This document shows positions 51,045-63,436 of a stretch of 64,000 bases of DNA, in pieces. Source of the stretch: Raillietiella orientalis (Eukaryota). Where the stretch lies: positions 1,116,001 through 1,180,000 of the forward strand of contig JAYWIR010000015.1 in NCBI GenBank assembly GCA_036172245.1, written 5' to 3'. The notes beneath the pieces are model-generated. The model was not told where the DNA came from. It saw only the letters and a program-made list of their open reading frames with translations, and did no database searches. The position numbers and the translations under genes are program-made. The stretch's first letter is position 1, and each line of letters begins with the position of its first letter.

Positions 51045-54000
51045 ATTAGCCCACAAAGATTCAGCACACGTTTTGGGGATGACCCATTTTTGTGCTTGCT
51101 ACACGTGAATCCTGCCAAGGCGATGCACCAACAGATCACCTGCTGTCAGCCCATAAACAAAACCGCCCACAAACACAACAAGATGCTTCAAAAATATTTG
51201 TTGTGATGCTCTTTCGGGTGATTTATCTGCAAAAAATCAAATAAATGGAAGGGATGGCATAGATCCAATCGTCTGTATATGAATTTATTCGTAAACATTT
51301 CCCACGTCGGAATGCATAGTACACACGCATGTTCACGTGCCTAATCTGCATATTTTTTTCTTTTCCCTTTTACATGATGTTTCCGGTGAAGCAATGCCGC
51401 TGCGGTGAATAGAACACTATTTGAAAAATTATCAATACATTTATAGATGTGTACTGTACTGAAGATTCGACCCAGTTTAACAGGAATCAGGTTTCAAGCT
51501 TAGAGCTGCTCCCACGAAAGAACAAACGCCTTGCCTGTTCTTCGGTCCTGTTCATCAGTGGTCTCTTGGTCGCGCTGGCTTCCCTTCGACGTCCCTACGA
51601 CGAGGTGCTTCCTACCCCAGAGGTAGGCAGCCTCAATGTCGCAGTGGGCAGCAACTGTGTCGCTGCTGCCCCGTCTCCAATCCACGCCACGAGCAATGCC
51701 CTCCACGACCAAGTGCTTTGCTCAGTTGCTATATTTTTTTCACAACCCAGGGAATGAATGCAGAAGCTGAACCGCCTGAGGACGCCGATGTTCCTCATGT
51801 GCTTCAAGTGTTCCTCTCACGGAGCCGGAAACTACGTTTGCCTCAGGCGCTGGTCACCGCAGCTCCGAGACGGCCGCGCGGAATCCCGGAAGCCTCGAAG
51901 TGGTCGCGTCTTCGGCCTTTGGTGCGTCCGCGGTTTCCACAACCGAAAGTGCGGAAACGCGCATCTTCGCCTCTCTCCACGGACTTCGCTCGTCTCCCGC
52001 CCGAACTTTATCCGTCACATGGGAGTGTCTCATGTCAACGTACTTTGCACCGCTGGTTTCCGCGGCGCACTTTTTTTTGCGACGCTCCGCACACCTTCTC
52101 ATCCGCAGGCGATTCTCCGTTGGATCCAAAGACACCTTCCCTCCCTCTCGTGCCGGTCCGTGACATCTTGTGGGAGATTCTCGCCCGAAGATCTCTGAGC
52201 CCGCTTTCTCCCTGATCCTGCGGGGGGACTTCGTTGGGATTTTCCTCTCGCTTGTTTACCGCACCTGTTTCCTTCTCTTCGTGGGAGCGCAGTTCCCTCC
52301 TTATCTGCTCAACGTAGTCGTGGTGCTACACGCCTTATCTCTCTTTCCTATTTCGCACAATCCTGTGAAAGATAAGCCTGATGGAAGGATGAAAAGATAA
52401 AGCTAGTTGACGAAAGATAACACCCTGCCATTTCGTTCACCAATTTTTTTTCTTTTTTTCCTTTCCTGTCCCCGGTTTTGCTGGGTTATGAAAGCAGTCG
52501 CTTCGAGGTTCGCCCCCACCCGAAGGGAAAGGAGAGGTTTGTAGCGCGTCGATTCCCTTCAAAGTCTCTTAGAACCGCGCCTTTTTGGCTTCGCGAGTCG
52601 GCTCTCCCCCACCCACCCCCCCAAAAAAAAGCAACAACTGGTGCATGAAGAACATCCCTGAACACTTACATGCGCACCGGACTACGTGCACACGCGAACA
52701 ACGAGGCAGCAACACGTCAAACACACATGAGCTTTTCGTAGCCATGGATAGGGGTACGCGCCGAGCACAGCGCGAGCACACATGCCAAGTGTGAGCGTGT
52801 GAGCAAACACTGGTGTAAGTTTCTCGCAGACAAAATGAATTTTTCATGGTGAGGAAAAACTCGTCAGCTCCTTTCGTCGCCAAGGAAAGATGCGGCGAGG
52901 ATACCTCGATCCACGCATAACTGGTAAGCGGCTTTGTTTGCTGAAGTGTCTCCCTGCAAACAAAGGCGCTTTCAGAAAATGGCTGCGGGGATCGCTAGAT
53001 GGGGTTAATGGGTGTCCGCGAGAGAAGCGTGTGCTCCCTAATCTCCGGAATTTACCCACTGAAGGGCAAGAATACCTGCCGAAGCCCCACCGCGGACCTC
53101 GTCGGTAGCGAACAGTTTGCTTTCAGGAAGGTTTCGCGTCACACGAGATTCAGAGAAAAAGCGTTCGGAAAAATTTCCGGCTCCACCGCGTGGCGCACAG
53201 AAAACGCAGATTCCGAGAATCTCGATCTCTGCAGATCGTCAAGCGGCGATGCGAAACGCGAGCGTCTGTGTGCCTTCAGCGAGTTGCCTTGGAAACGCAG
53301 CCTTGTTCTTAGCGAAATTCTTCCGCGTCGCTGTTGCCATATGACGCGCGTGGCTCCCGAAGACCCGAGGAAATTTCATCCAACATCTTTTCTCCTTCCG
53401 GGATGGGTTTTTGATCTCTGCTGCTTCTTCTATGGTGTCTCTTCGACTTTATTCTCCAAGTACTTCCATGGATGGGTCTCCCTCAGAGGCTTCTCTCCCT
53501 CTTGCTTCTCCTCCGGTGGAGGATGCAGTTTCTCCGTCCTCTCATGCCAGGTCCAACGGTTTAACAGGCCTTTTCTTGTGGAGGAGAACATGCCACACTC
53601 CGGCCTGGTACAGACGAGTGACCTTGTTGAGAGACCTACAGCATAACCATGGGGGCAGGCGAGGAGGGTTCACTGTCTCAGGCATGGTGCGAGGGTCTCG
53701 CTAACGGTATAACTACACTGCATCTTCTGCATCTATACTTTAATTGTACCTCCTCGATCTTGTGCGTACACATCATTTGTCTTTTATCCTTTGTACTTGG
53801 AGGAGAACTGTTGTAGATCTTGAGATGTAGTTGCACCCCACGATGCCATAGGCCATTGGTGATACCGGTGAAAATAGTAGTGTGACCACGCGTGCCTGCG
53901 GGTCCCAGTCCACCCTCGCTACTGTGAATTGCAAACCATCTCTTGCATCGTGGATTCCAAATTTGAAGTGGCAACCTTGCCGTACGTTGGACAAGCAGAA

Positions 54001-55039
54001 GGCAAGCTTCTCCAGACAAACGATGACCTTCAGTGCAAACAAGGGGTTTCCTGCCTCTTCCTCAGGGCAAGAGGCATATAGCAACATTGGCAATTTCTCA
54101 GAAATTCCTTTTCTTCGAGTGGTATATAAGATCCACCTTGCAGGACCAACGATATGCACTCTCCAACCGTGGTTGGTGTTACTGAGGTGCTTCTTACACC
54201 CTCAAGTTGGGAGAAGTACCTCAGTGCTTTCTTGGTGTGTGAATCCGGGAGCATTTTGGATTGCACACTGTCGAGGGTAACCAAATTCCTGTAATTCCTT
54301 TCTTCGGGGAATTTATCCACATAGACCTTCGACGAAGGGTTCCGCACGAATTTTCTGCTGATCAGGAGAAAGTGGGCGCCCTTGCAGAGATGATTCCGAT
54401 GGTCGAAACATGCCGGAGGCTGGAAGCATCCAGAATATGGCTTAGCGCCTTTACCAATTCCTCTCATGATTACAGCCGCCCAACGAGCACCAGAACGTGC
54501 TCGTCTGTGCCGAGGTAGAGCCGTTGAACTTTCCGCTGACTTCTTGACAACGCCACCGTCTTGCTGATCACCCGACAAAATAGCCACGTTCCCGGTACCT
54601 GGTACCTCGACCTGCCGTGTTGTCAGCGCACATCTGAGCTCTTCCGGCGAGGCATTCGAGTGACTCAGAGCGCGTGGATCGCTTCCATCTTTCTCAGGAA
54701 GATGGAGATGAGGAACTGATCTATTTCTAAGAAGGTGGGATGCTCAAAGAACTGCTCCGGAATCCAAAATCGGCACCCGAAAATCGCTCTCCGCCTTGAT
54801 AAGTATTGGATGAGAATGCATCACTGCGTAGGAAATTCACCCATATGCATTCAAAGATGTCACTCGTATGTGTCGAAGATGCAAAAAAAAACAGCTGACT
54901 CCTTGCCCTTTTGCCTGGCAAGAAGTCAATCACGTGACACGCAGACCGTACGAGTCCGAACGTGCAGCGGCGAACGCTGTACGTGATGTCACCAAAGTGA
55001 TCGTCGGAAAAGGAAAGGACCGAGAAAAAATCGACCACT

Positions 55040-56900
55040 CCCATTTGGGTGCGCGTTGATTCGTCCACGTCTTTGCGGATGAGAGATCATGCGCGATCAC
55101 GTTGGGCTGCACGCGTCCGGAGGATAGAAGCCGGGGATAATACGAGCTAAGGTAAGCTCGTCCCGCTCCCTAGGAAACCCCACGAGCCTCGAGAATACCC
55201 CGATAGTTTAACCATCGGGGCTCGTTCACACGAATGGGGAGCGGATCGCCTGAGGGTTTCGGAAGACGCCTTGCTAAGGAGGCGCGTGAGTCAGGAAGTC
55301 GAAAGCGCAGCTTCCCAGACCTCCGAGAAACCACGGTCTCGATGCCACGTGAAAGACCTGACAGCCTTCTTCGCCCGGAACGCGAGCATGCAAAGACATC
55401 ATCCCGACTCCATCTTTGTCCTGCGAGGGAACAGGCAGGAGTGATCATTTAGAGCAGGAGTGATTATGGAGGGCAGCTCGATTAGACACATGGTGGAGGG
55501 GAGAGGGGGAGGGGAACCCGTCACGGAGAGGAGCGAATCCTTCCCTTTTTCAGAGTTCCCGTCCGTGGGTCGTGAGGTGCACTCTCTCGTTTTTCCAGGC
55601 TGCCACCAAAGCGATCAGATGCCGCCGCTGCCCTTGAACAGTCGGCTAGGGACCTCCAAAGAACCGGTGATTCTTTGCGATGCTTCCCGGCTCTGGAGGA
55701 GGCTGCTGCCAGCACCACTGAGAGGCGCAACCCGCACGAAATTATGACGACTCTGGTCTTTCTGGGTCGACCATCCAAAAAACCCATAGTCGGACCCAAA
55801 GGAACGCGTTCCACAGGAAACGCGATGGGGGCTTCAAGGCGAGTGCCGACCAAACCCGGACCTCCGTCCGAATTTTACGAACTCCTCCGCGTAGCCTAGC
55901 AACAGCCTCTCAACAGCACCCTGACGACACTCGAAAGAATAGCCCCTGGAATCTGGGGCATAGCACCTTCTGAACCTCTTACGTGCGCGTGCGCCTGTAG
56001 CTTATTTGCCTCGCTCTGACACACTACTTCTCCGAAGAGATGCAATCCACCCGCTCGGTTCCCGATGCCATCGATGCTTCCGTCTTCTTATCCAAACCCT
56101 TGGCTACCCGAATTCCCCACCAGGGAGAGGGTAGCTACCCGCATCGGGCTCCACATTTCCCCTTGGGAACGCCCTTGAAGAACCACGGAAAGCGGAAATC
56201 TTGCTCTTCGGGGGCGGGGCGGGGTGCAGATGTGGCGCATCTCGGAGAAGAAACCGAGATAGGGTGGTTGGCCCCCCGAACCCTTCCTGAAAGATGTCTG
56301 CAGAGTCACTCTTCTGACACGTCAGGGAATCCCGAAATGAATTTCAGACTGAGGCCACGCTTGCCTGATGCGATGGCAGGGTGGCAGGATGAGCTTCATC
56401 CACCAGTCACACCCCTCTGTCGTCTCCTTGGCAGGATAGGGATAACGGGAGAGCAGCGAATTCTATAGGTGCTTGTGGGCATTCCTCGATCGCTACTTTC
56501 CCTGCCAACAGTCTTCTGCAAGGACGGCCGGAAACTGCCGAGAGGGACGCCTCCCTAGCAACAGCAGATGGGAATGCCGCTGTGATGTCAACCATGGCAA
56601 GGAAGCACATCTGTGGCACCCACTCTGCCGAATCCTTTGGATGGGAGTCTTTGGTCTGCAAGGCAATTTCCTTCATTGGTCTCGTGGAGCTTTTCGCCCT
56701 ACTCTTTGCGCACCTCGAATCTCTGGATAAGGAGCACGCAGGAATCCCACGGACTGAGATTCTTCTCCTGCATCCGGCTCGATCCTTCAAACCACATGTG
56801 GTAGGTTCTGGGTGAGAAATCCTTGCTCGTTGGCCGTCGAGATGGCTAGGATGAGCATTCATTTCCCTCTGACACCATCCATGTGGTGGAATTTGGGGGA
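55040..56900 (-). mobile_element. Tyrosine-recombinase retrotransposon (Ngaro/DIRS-like) remnant: RT followed by YR
   Basis: STRPMKEI...FLAMVDITAAF...IEFAALPLSLS and PYLGF (RT-like); IISCGLRLSVVL..VLWRSLAD (YR box I / SKTD-like, ~55650-55750); ISHPQRRG (HxxR-like, ~55065-55090). Confidence 0.5.
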
Positions 56901-57819
56901 CCTCTCCTTGGCATTTAATGGACCTATTGGGCATCTTCGCACTCGCTGCAGTCTGTGACACAACTCGGCTTATTTAGCGTGACTTGACCCCGCCGATTCA
57001 TCTTCGCTGCTTCCCACATCTTCCCACCTTTTCCTTCTTCCCTTTTTTTGGTACGCCGAGCATTCGCTGCTTCAACCTGCGGGGGTATCAGAGCGGCTCG
57101 GCAGCACCTCCACACCAGGAGGACTCCTTGCCTCGGCGGATCTCATCCCCTTGCCGGGCTGCACCTTCCGGTACATCTGCTTTGCCGCGACTTATCCGAT
57201 CTTACACCAGAGCGAATTGTACTCGATGACGTCACTCTCCAAACAAACTGGTTCCAATTTCAATTCAAAATTAACATTCATATGTCCAGATGCACCATAC
57301 GGTAGTTTAGCCCCATCCCTTTTCACGATGCGTCTTGATCAGAGCTCTCGGTTGCTCCTCATTAGCCTTTTGGGAGAGGAGCTCACCAGATTTAAACGTT
57401 CCGTGTTGACAACACGCAAGTCGCAGTTGTGAACGGAACGCTTTTCCGTGTGCCGCGTGCTCGCTCCATCGAGGTACCAACTGACTACATAGAGTTCTGA
57501 TTAAAGTTACTATTGGAATTGTTTATTTACACCACATTAAATAAAATGTTTTCGTTTTTCCCAAACAAATTTATTTAAAAATTATAATTGTTATTCGAAT
57601 AAAGCAATAATTCATTCACATTTTCAAGATATCACAAAGATAAAAAACAATCTAATAAATTCTATATGACACCGAGGCAACCGAGTGAAGTCAACCGGTA
57701 TAAACAGAATTTTGCTTACTGTCGTTGCTAAGGGAACTATAAGAACGCAAGTGTATGCGTCCATCTCAAACTATGCCGTATTAGTGTTAACTGTGTCGCG
57801 TGTATAAGGTAAAAACATT

Positions 57820-57860
57820 TGCCAGACGCATCAATGCGTTCATAGCATTCAAAGGGTTAA
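57820..57860 (-). mobile_element. Possible single piggyBac-type terminus bounding an AT-rich segment
   Basis: Reverse complement TTAA|CCCTTTGAATGCTATGAACGC, adjacent to AT-rich 57480-57850. The other end was not found. Confidence 0.3.
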
Positions 57861-58169
57861 GAAAATGGGTCGCTCCCGAATAATGAAAAGCGCAGCGTGC
57901 AAACGTTAAAAGGGTGAGTTTCCTTGCGGACCACCAAGTTCTGAGCAAACTCCCCCAGTAATTCTCATTGCCCCTCGCCAAGTCATGTGAGTTCCCTTCT
58001 CCGTGTCTTTTATCATCCATCATCTACACCGGAGGTATCCAGGGGAATCCAGAACGATTCTATCCCAATTCCCAGCTGCTGGACAACGGGGCCATCTGGC
58101 CGCGACCGAGTGTTCTACTGGTGCGCACCCGAAGCCCGAGCCGTTCCAGAGTCATCTTGTGGGGAGACC

Positions 58170-58255
58170 GGAAACCCACGACGCTCAAGATCGCTGTCGG
58201 TCCGGGCTTCGCGGGTTCGAATCCCTCAAAGAGATTCGAACCCGCGAGTCTGGAC
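58170..58255 (+). pseudogene. tRNA-like remnant (Leu-CAA-like loop ctcaaga, long variable region, T-arm) with inverted duplication of the B box
   Basis: ...cgacgctcaagatcgc...cgcgggttcgaatccc; perfect 15-bp arms 58209-58223 and 58233-58247. No acceptor stem. Confidence 0.4.
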
Positions 58256-58858
58256 ACCAACATATCCCTTTGTCAGATCACTTCAGCTTAGGTGGAAGAA
58301 AAGCCTTTGTTGGATGCTTCCTACTTCCGGAAGCGCCCACTCTCGTCTCCTTTGCCTGCAGGGATGGGATTCCGGTCCGGCCATTGTGAGCAGAAAGCTG
58401 TTTCCTCCGCTGCTCTTTGTAGTCTTAAAGACTGAGAGATCAAGAGGAAGTGTTCTAGACAGGAAAGGAGGAAGTGCTCGAAGCGGAGGAAGACCATTGC
58501 GGGTGACTTCTGGAACCTCCCGCGTCAACGGGACTGCCGCTCGTGCCGCCGGCGCCTGCAGAAAAGTCCTTTCCCGTTCGATCCGTAGTTCCACCGGATG
58601 ACTTCGGCAAGCACATCCCTGCAGCACGTGTCGATTGCATCCCCCCGCCAAGATCCTCCACCCTCTTCCCAAGCACAGGACTTTCCGCAATGCTCAATGA
58701 GCATCCCGCACTCATCATTCCCTCTGGCCCTGCTTTAGCCGGAGCTTCTCGTTCTGTTCCAGCAAAAGACAGCGATGGGGAGCGCCTCCTGAATTCCGGA
58801 GAATGCTGCTGTCTGGCTTAGGACTCATCCGGGAATCACTCGAAGAAACAACACGCTC

Positions 58859-59740
58859 GCGTTGGTGGCGGTGTGGCTGCGGTCTCCGCGCATGGCACCC
58901 AGCGTTGCGGGTTCGAATCCCCACGTGGAGGATCGATGCCAAGAACAGGGGGTGCGTCGTGGGTTTCGAGTTTCCCCCTCAGGACGACTCTGGTTGGCCT
59001 GTAGGCTTCGGGTACTGCACTGATGGGAGCCGGATGCTCACGTCAACTGGCCAGGATTGGAAGTCGATCCTCCGGGATACCTCCAGGAATCAAGGAAGGA
59101 GACGGTTCCCTTAAGGGTTCCTCTCCGGTTGAAAACGTAGATCCACCCGTCCTTTGCAATGGATCCTCCATCGCGTAGCATGGAGCTGTTTGATACCTCT
59201 CGGGGGGCTGCCTATCCAGAGTGTCAAGAAGAGCGCTGATCCCTTCAGGGAGCACCCTTCGAAGATATTCGGAAGCTTTCCTTCGATATTCTCTTCAGAG
59301 GAGGAAACAGGGAGCGGTTCCTTTTCTGGAGTCCCTTGGAAGAAATAATTCCAGGAACTGATCCTCTCCAGAGGATCCCTCTGGAGAAGAAATAATGAGG
59401 TGACCCCCTCCGAAGGGTACCTTTGGAGAGAACGAGGAAGAGGATCCCTTCGGAGAGGCTTCCTTCCCAAGTGTAAGAGGAACGGACTCCTTCCTTCGGA
59501 GTCTTCCTGGATTCATAACTTGAAGAGCTACACGCATCTTCAGATGGCGGGGACAGTGTTAAAGAGAGTCGTGAGCCTCCCCTGAGGATGTCTAAGGATG
59601 CGAACAGTTCTTCAGCACTCAGGGAACCAAAAAAAAAAAGAAAAGCTGGAAAGAAAACAGCGAGAACAGAAGGACCCAAAAGGATCTCCATCACCCTAGT
59701 TTCTTCCTAAGGGACGCAAGGGACCGCTTGATCTCGGCAA
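58859..59740 (-). mobile_element. tRNA-headed / LINE-UTR composite repeat, copy C (head on + strand)
   Basis: gcgttggtggcggtgtgg (A-box-like)...ggttcgaatcc 58910-58920; shared body; A-rich tract ~59629-59680. Confidence 0.8.
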
Positions 59741-59749
59741 GGTAGAAAG

Positions 59750-60634
59750 TGACTTGTTACATAGCAGCCAAGAAGAAGCTTCTGGAGTGCCTTGACAACC
59801 CGGGAAGTCACGGACGTTGCGACCCCGAGTGCCCTACCCCGAGGGCTTTTACTCTGGGAAGAGCTGCTCAACATCCCTCCGGAGGAGGTGAAGCGGCCCT
59901 CAGTGTGCTAGAACAGTGGCATCCCTCCCCTCAAGTGACGGGATTTGGAGTTGCTGGTGTTGGGGAAATCCCGTGCAAAGCGCGCCTTCACCACTGGACA
60001 CGACTGGACACGGGGGGACTGTGGCCTCTAAGTGTGACAGGTGTGGGAAGAAGGAGACCCTTCCGCACCCACTGTTGGGCTGTACTACACTCTGAGCCCT
60101 TTGGGATCGTCTCGCGACAATCCTGGGTATCCCGGCGGGCAGCCCTAGGGACATTTTCAAACGCCTTTTCGTGCGTGGTCCCGCACTGCCGCCAGCCGCG
60201 TCCCTTGAAGTCCTATGCTGTCTTCGCGGGATCACGGAGAAGAAGAATACCAGAAGAAGAGGGTGAAATGGCAGGGACTCCATCCACTGGGACTCCATCG
60301 CGGATCTTCCTGAAGACCGCCTCGAGATGGCCCCACCTGGGCGAGACAAGGAGAGAACATCTTGAGCAGGATGTAGAGGACGTCTGGCAGCGTACTGTGA
60401 TGCCTTTCTCACTCTCCTCCCTTCCTTCCCGTGTCAATTTTCCCTCTCCTGTTTTGTGTGTTTATTTGTTTTTTGTTTTTGTTTCCCCTTCCCCCACACT
60501 GCCGAAGAGGACCTCGCTGGACTGCGGACCGCTCCTCGGCAAGTTCATCGCACGTGTTAGAACCAAGGGTTCTAGCACACCAATTCATTTTAATTGCTTT
60601 CCGTAATAAATGTACCGGCATAACCGGGTGATAA
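59750..60634 (+). mobile_element. L1/Tx1-like LINE 3' end
   Basis: KKKLLECLDN (cf. QQRLLHLYNN at 45141), EIPCKARLHHW, PKCDRCGKKETLPHPLLGC, FLKTASRWPHLG, terminal motif aataaatgtaccggcataaccgggtgataa 60605-60634. Confidence 0.8.
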
Positions 60635-61779
60635 TCATCCTAGGCAATAGTGACAATCCCCCCGTGAGATCGCCAATGGCCTTTTTTTTAGGGGAAAAAA
60701 AAGAAAGAAAGAAAAGAAACGTGTATATCAAAAGCGCAAGCCCTTCCAGGAAACTTCTCGAATCTGGGAGTCCCCTGCAAAAACCACAGGATTACTCTCC
60801 CATCTTGATTTCCGGACTCTTTCTTCATTGGAAGTTATCTCATTTCGCCCTCTGGCGGGGTTGCTGCCAGCTTCATCGCAAGATCACCTCGTTGCGATTT
60901 TTGGTCTGATTGGTCTCCTCATCACACGCACTCTTGCAGCCGGCCTTGATGCACTCCAACAAGCCGCGTGGTTTTCCATGATCTACAACAGCGGCAGGGT
61001 TGGAGCAAGATGGGTTCACCCTGGGTCCTTAGAGGACAACAAGGGATTCAGGTATCCACGCAGAGACCGCGGGATGCTAGCGTGGGAAACAGGCAAAAGT
61101 GTGAGGAAGGAAGCAGTGGCAATATGTGGCCGTCAGTTAGGATGCAACGTGTTTGATGATCAGCTGAGAGGAATGCAGATGAGCTTCTTGTATGCAGATG
61201 AGTTCGAAAACTGCATCCATTCAGCGTCGGGATGCAGAAATCGAATTCTTGATATGCTTGTCAGATGAGACCTTTTCCTTGTAGATGAAGGCCAGTGAAT
61301 TCTCTAACTGCTTGAACCACTTTCCACGTGCCAAACCAGCTGTGAACTTTTCCACGTACTGATACTCGACTTCGTCGCTAAGCAATATTTTTATAGACGG
61401 CACTGGACTCCCACTAATAGCAGATGCTGCGTCCGTTAATGCAGCAGCTCTGGTCACATTCCCATTTCGCTCCTTCTCGACTGTTCCATTCGGATAATTG
61501 CAGCAAAAGTTATGCAAGCAATCGATCTCTGAAGAGAAACTGCGATCTCGACAGCTCTTCCTTGACAGATAGCTGCAGTGAGTGACAGATCTCAGCTGGC
61601 TGCAGTGAGTTTTATTCTGATGCATGGAAGAAAATACGAGTGTCATCACCATGGAGAGCAGCCAGTTCTTCGACCGATATACCACTCCACGGCGCTGTTT
61701 CTCGTAAGGATGGAAAAATTTTAAGGATCTGCAGTGTCGCCTCCCCGTGGCGAGCTGGAGGATTTTCCAAGAGTCGCGG

Positions 61780-62700
61780 CAGCCCTGTCTGTTAGGAATC
61801 CTTTTGGTTTCCCGTGGGTCGCATGAGGAGTGTGCATCTCTTCCTGCCAGATGATAAGTACATGTGCCCGCAGACGAGTCTGTGATGGGTCACTTGTTGC
61901 TTCCCTTCTCCCAAGAGCGAAATCCCTAGGGAAGGATAGAGGGACTTACTGGGAAGGAATAGCACCCTGTCTGAGGACGGGATTCTGGTCTTGCCTCGGA
62001 GATTCTTCCTCCTTCCTGAGGGATCACAAGGACATGAGGATTTCGATTTCTGGAGCGAGTGGCATTTCTCCCTGCGTGGCGAACAGAAGACTCAGATTGC
62101 TGCCACAGATGCGAGGTGGGAGGTTAGGACCAAACGTCACGGAACCTTCCGAACGGTTCCCCATGGAACCGAAAGACATCCACGTAGCCAGCCATGGTCG
62201 GATTGGCATCCAGGAAAGGGGTCAGCCACGAGCGCAATCAAGGAACTCGGGAGGGGGGGAGGTCAACCTTTTCGCAGAGCCCCATCCGATGATCGAAAAT
62301 TCCTTTCTGGTTTCGCCTCTTCTGGTTCCCTTGAGACGCCGTTCTCAAAGGAAGAGCGGGTGATGCTCGCTCTCGAAGAGCGCTCGAACTCAAGAGGACA
62401 GCTTCCAGTGTTGTCCTATCTCGGTGCCTTCCCAGCGGATACTTCCCCCTGTCGGGAAGTGTCCTCTAGCTTCCATCTCCAGCGTCCGCCTGCTTCTTTC
62501 GAAGCCATCCGCCAAGCATGGAAAGCCAAAATGCATCTCCATGCTTGGCGGATGGCCCCCAGAACATGATGGCAGATTCTGGACTCTCCGAGGCTACGCC
62601 GACTCCAAGGTTCTTCCAGATGGGGATCCCGAACAGCGGAGCGAGCTGGCGGAAGACGACGCTCCTCGTTCCCAGGAGAAGGAACTGCTGCTTAGTGTGT
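61780..62700 (+). mobile_element. DIRS-like retrotransposon remnant (RT end, RNase H / downstream domain, start of YR)
   Basis: Motifs in DIRS1-like order: LLGILLVS / LFLPDDK; ISGASG (TDAS-like); GGEVNLFAE (VDLFA-like); GAFP; LHAWRM; GLSE...SWRKTT. Confidence 0.5.
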
Positions 62701-62739
62701 CCCTCTTTCTCCCCCTTTGTTCATGAACACTTCGGTGTT

Positions 62740-63436
62740 CCTGTTGAGATCGAAACGTAATGTGCCGCTGTTTCTGCGCTCGGGTTCCCCGCGCAGCAAG
62801 TCGTAGGCGCCTCGCCTCCGGAGGAAGTCTCGCGTCTCCAGACTGTCGAAGAGGATGCGGGACGACAAGATTGTTCCCGCGCCTACCTTTGGACTGCGGT
62901 GCCCTCTGGAAGGTTTGAGACGAAGGCTGGCTATTTAGCACTCTCGCGCCAGGAGAACACCGCCTATGACCTGCTGGGGAGATGCTCCAGTCGCGCCGCC
63001 CACCAGTTGGGCGGTGCGACTTTTGGCCAGGGGTGCCGCCGTGACTGCGACGGGATCCGGCATCCATCACATCGTTACACCCACCTCCGTCACGCGCTAG
63101 AGTCTCGGCGACCAGCGTGGGAGCCACCTCGACGAGGACGGCGGCGAGGCGGCCTCGTTTGGAGCGAGAGGTCGCCACCATGTAGCGTCGCTTTTAGGAA
63201 GCAAAGAGTGGTTCAAGCCGAAGACTTTCTCTCCCTACCCTTCCTCCTTCCCTTTGTCTATGTGCTGCTCCTTCCCTCGCTCTTTGGGCTTCCTTGAAAG
63301 CCGCCCTGAGCACCGGTGGCCATGCCCGGAGAACTTCTTTTCGTTCCTTCTTTCGGGAACCGAGTTCCCAATGCACGAACTTTTTTATTTTTATTTTCGA
63401 AATGAACGTCCCAGCAGGACCGGGTTAAAAAAAAAA
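62740..63436 (+). mobile_element. 5'-truncated L1/Tx1-like LINE 3' end with A tail
   Basis: LRSKRNVPLFLRSG (cf. LRWKQDVLLFLHWG), SPDCRRGCGTTRLFPRLPLDCGALW, terminal aatgaacgtcccagcaggaccgggtt followed by A10. Confidence 0.75.

Noticed and set aside
53700..54560. Possible gag/ORF1 relic on the minus strand (Cys-rich scraps such as PRCKRW, CTEGH)
   Set aside because: No complete zinc knuckle could be reconstructed.
61221..61685. Protein-like minus-strand ORF (similar cases at 4022-4432, 21065-21505, 30050-30340)
   Set aside because: No recognisable family or splice structure; cannot be called without a homology search.
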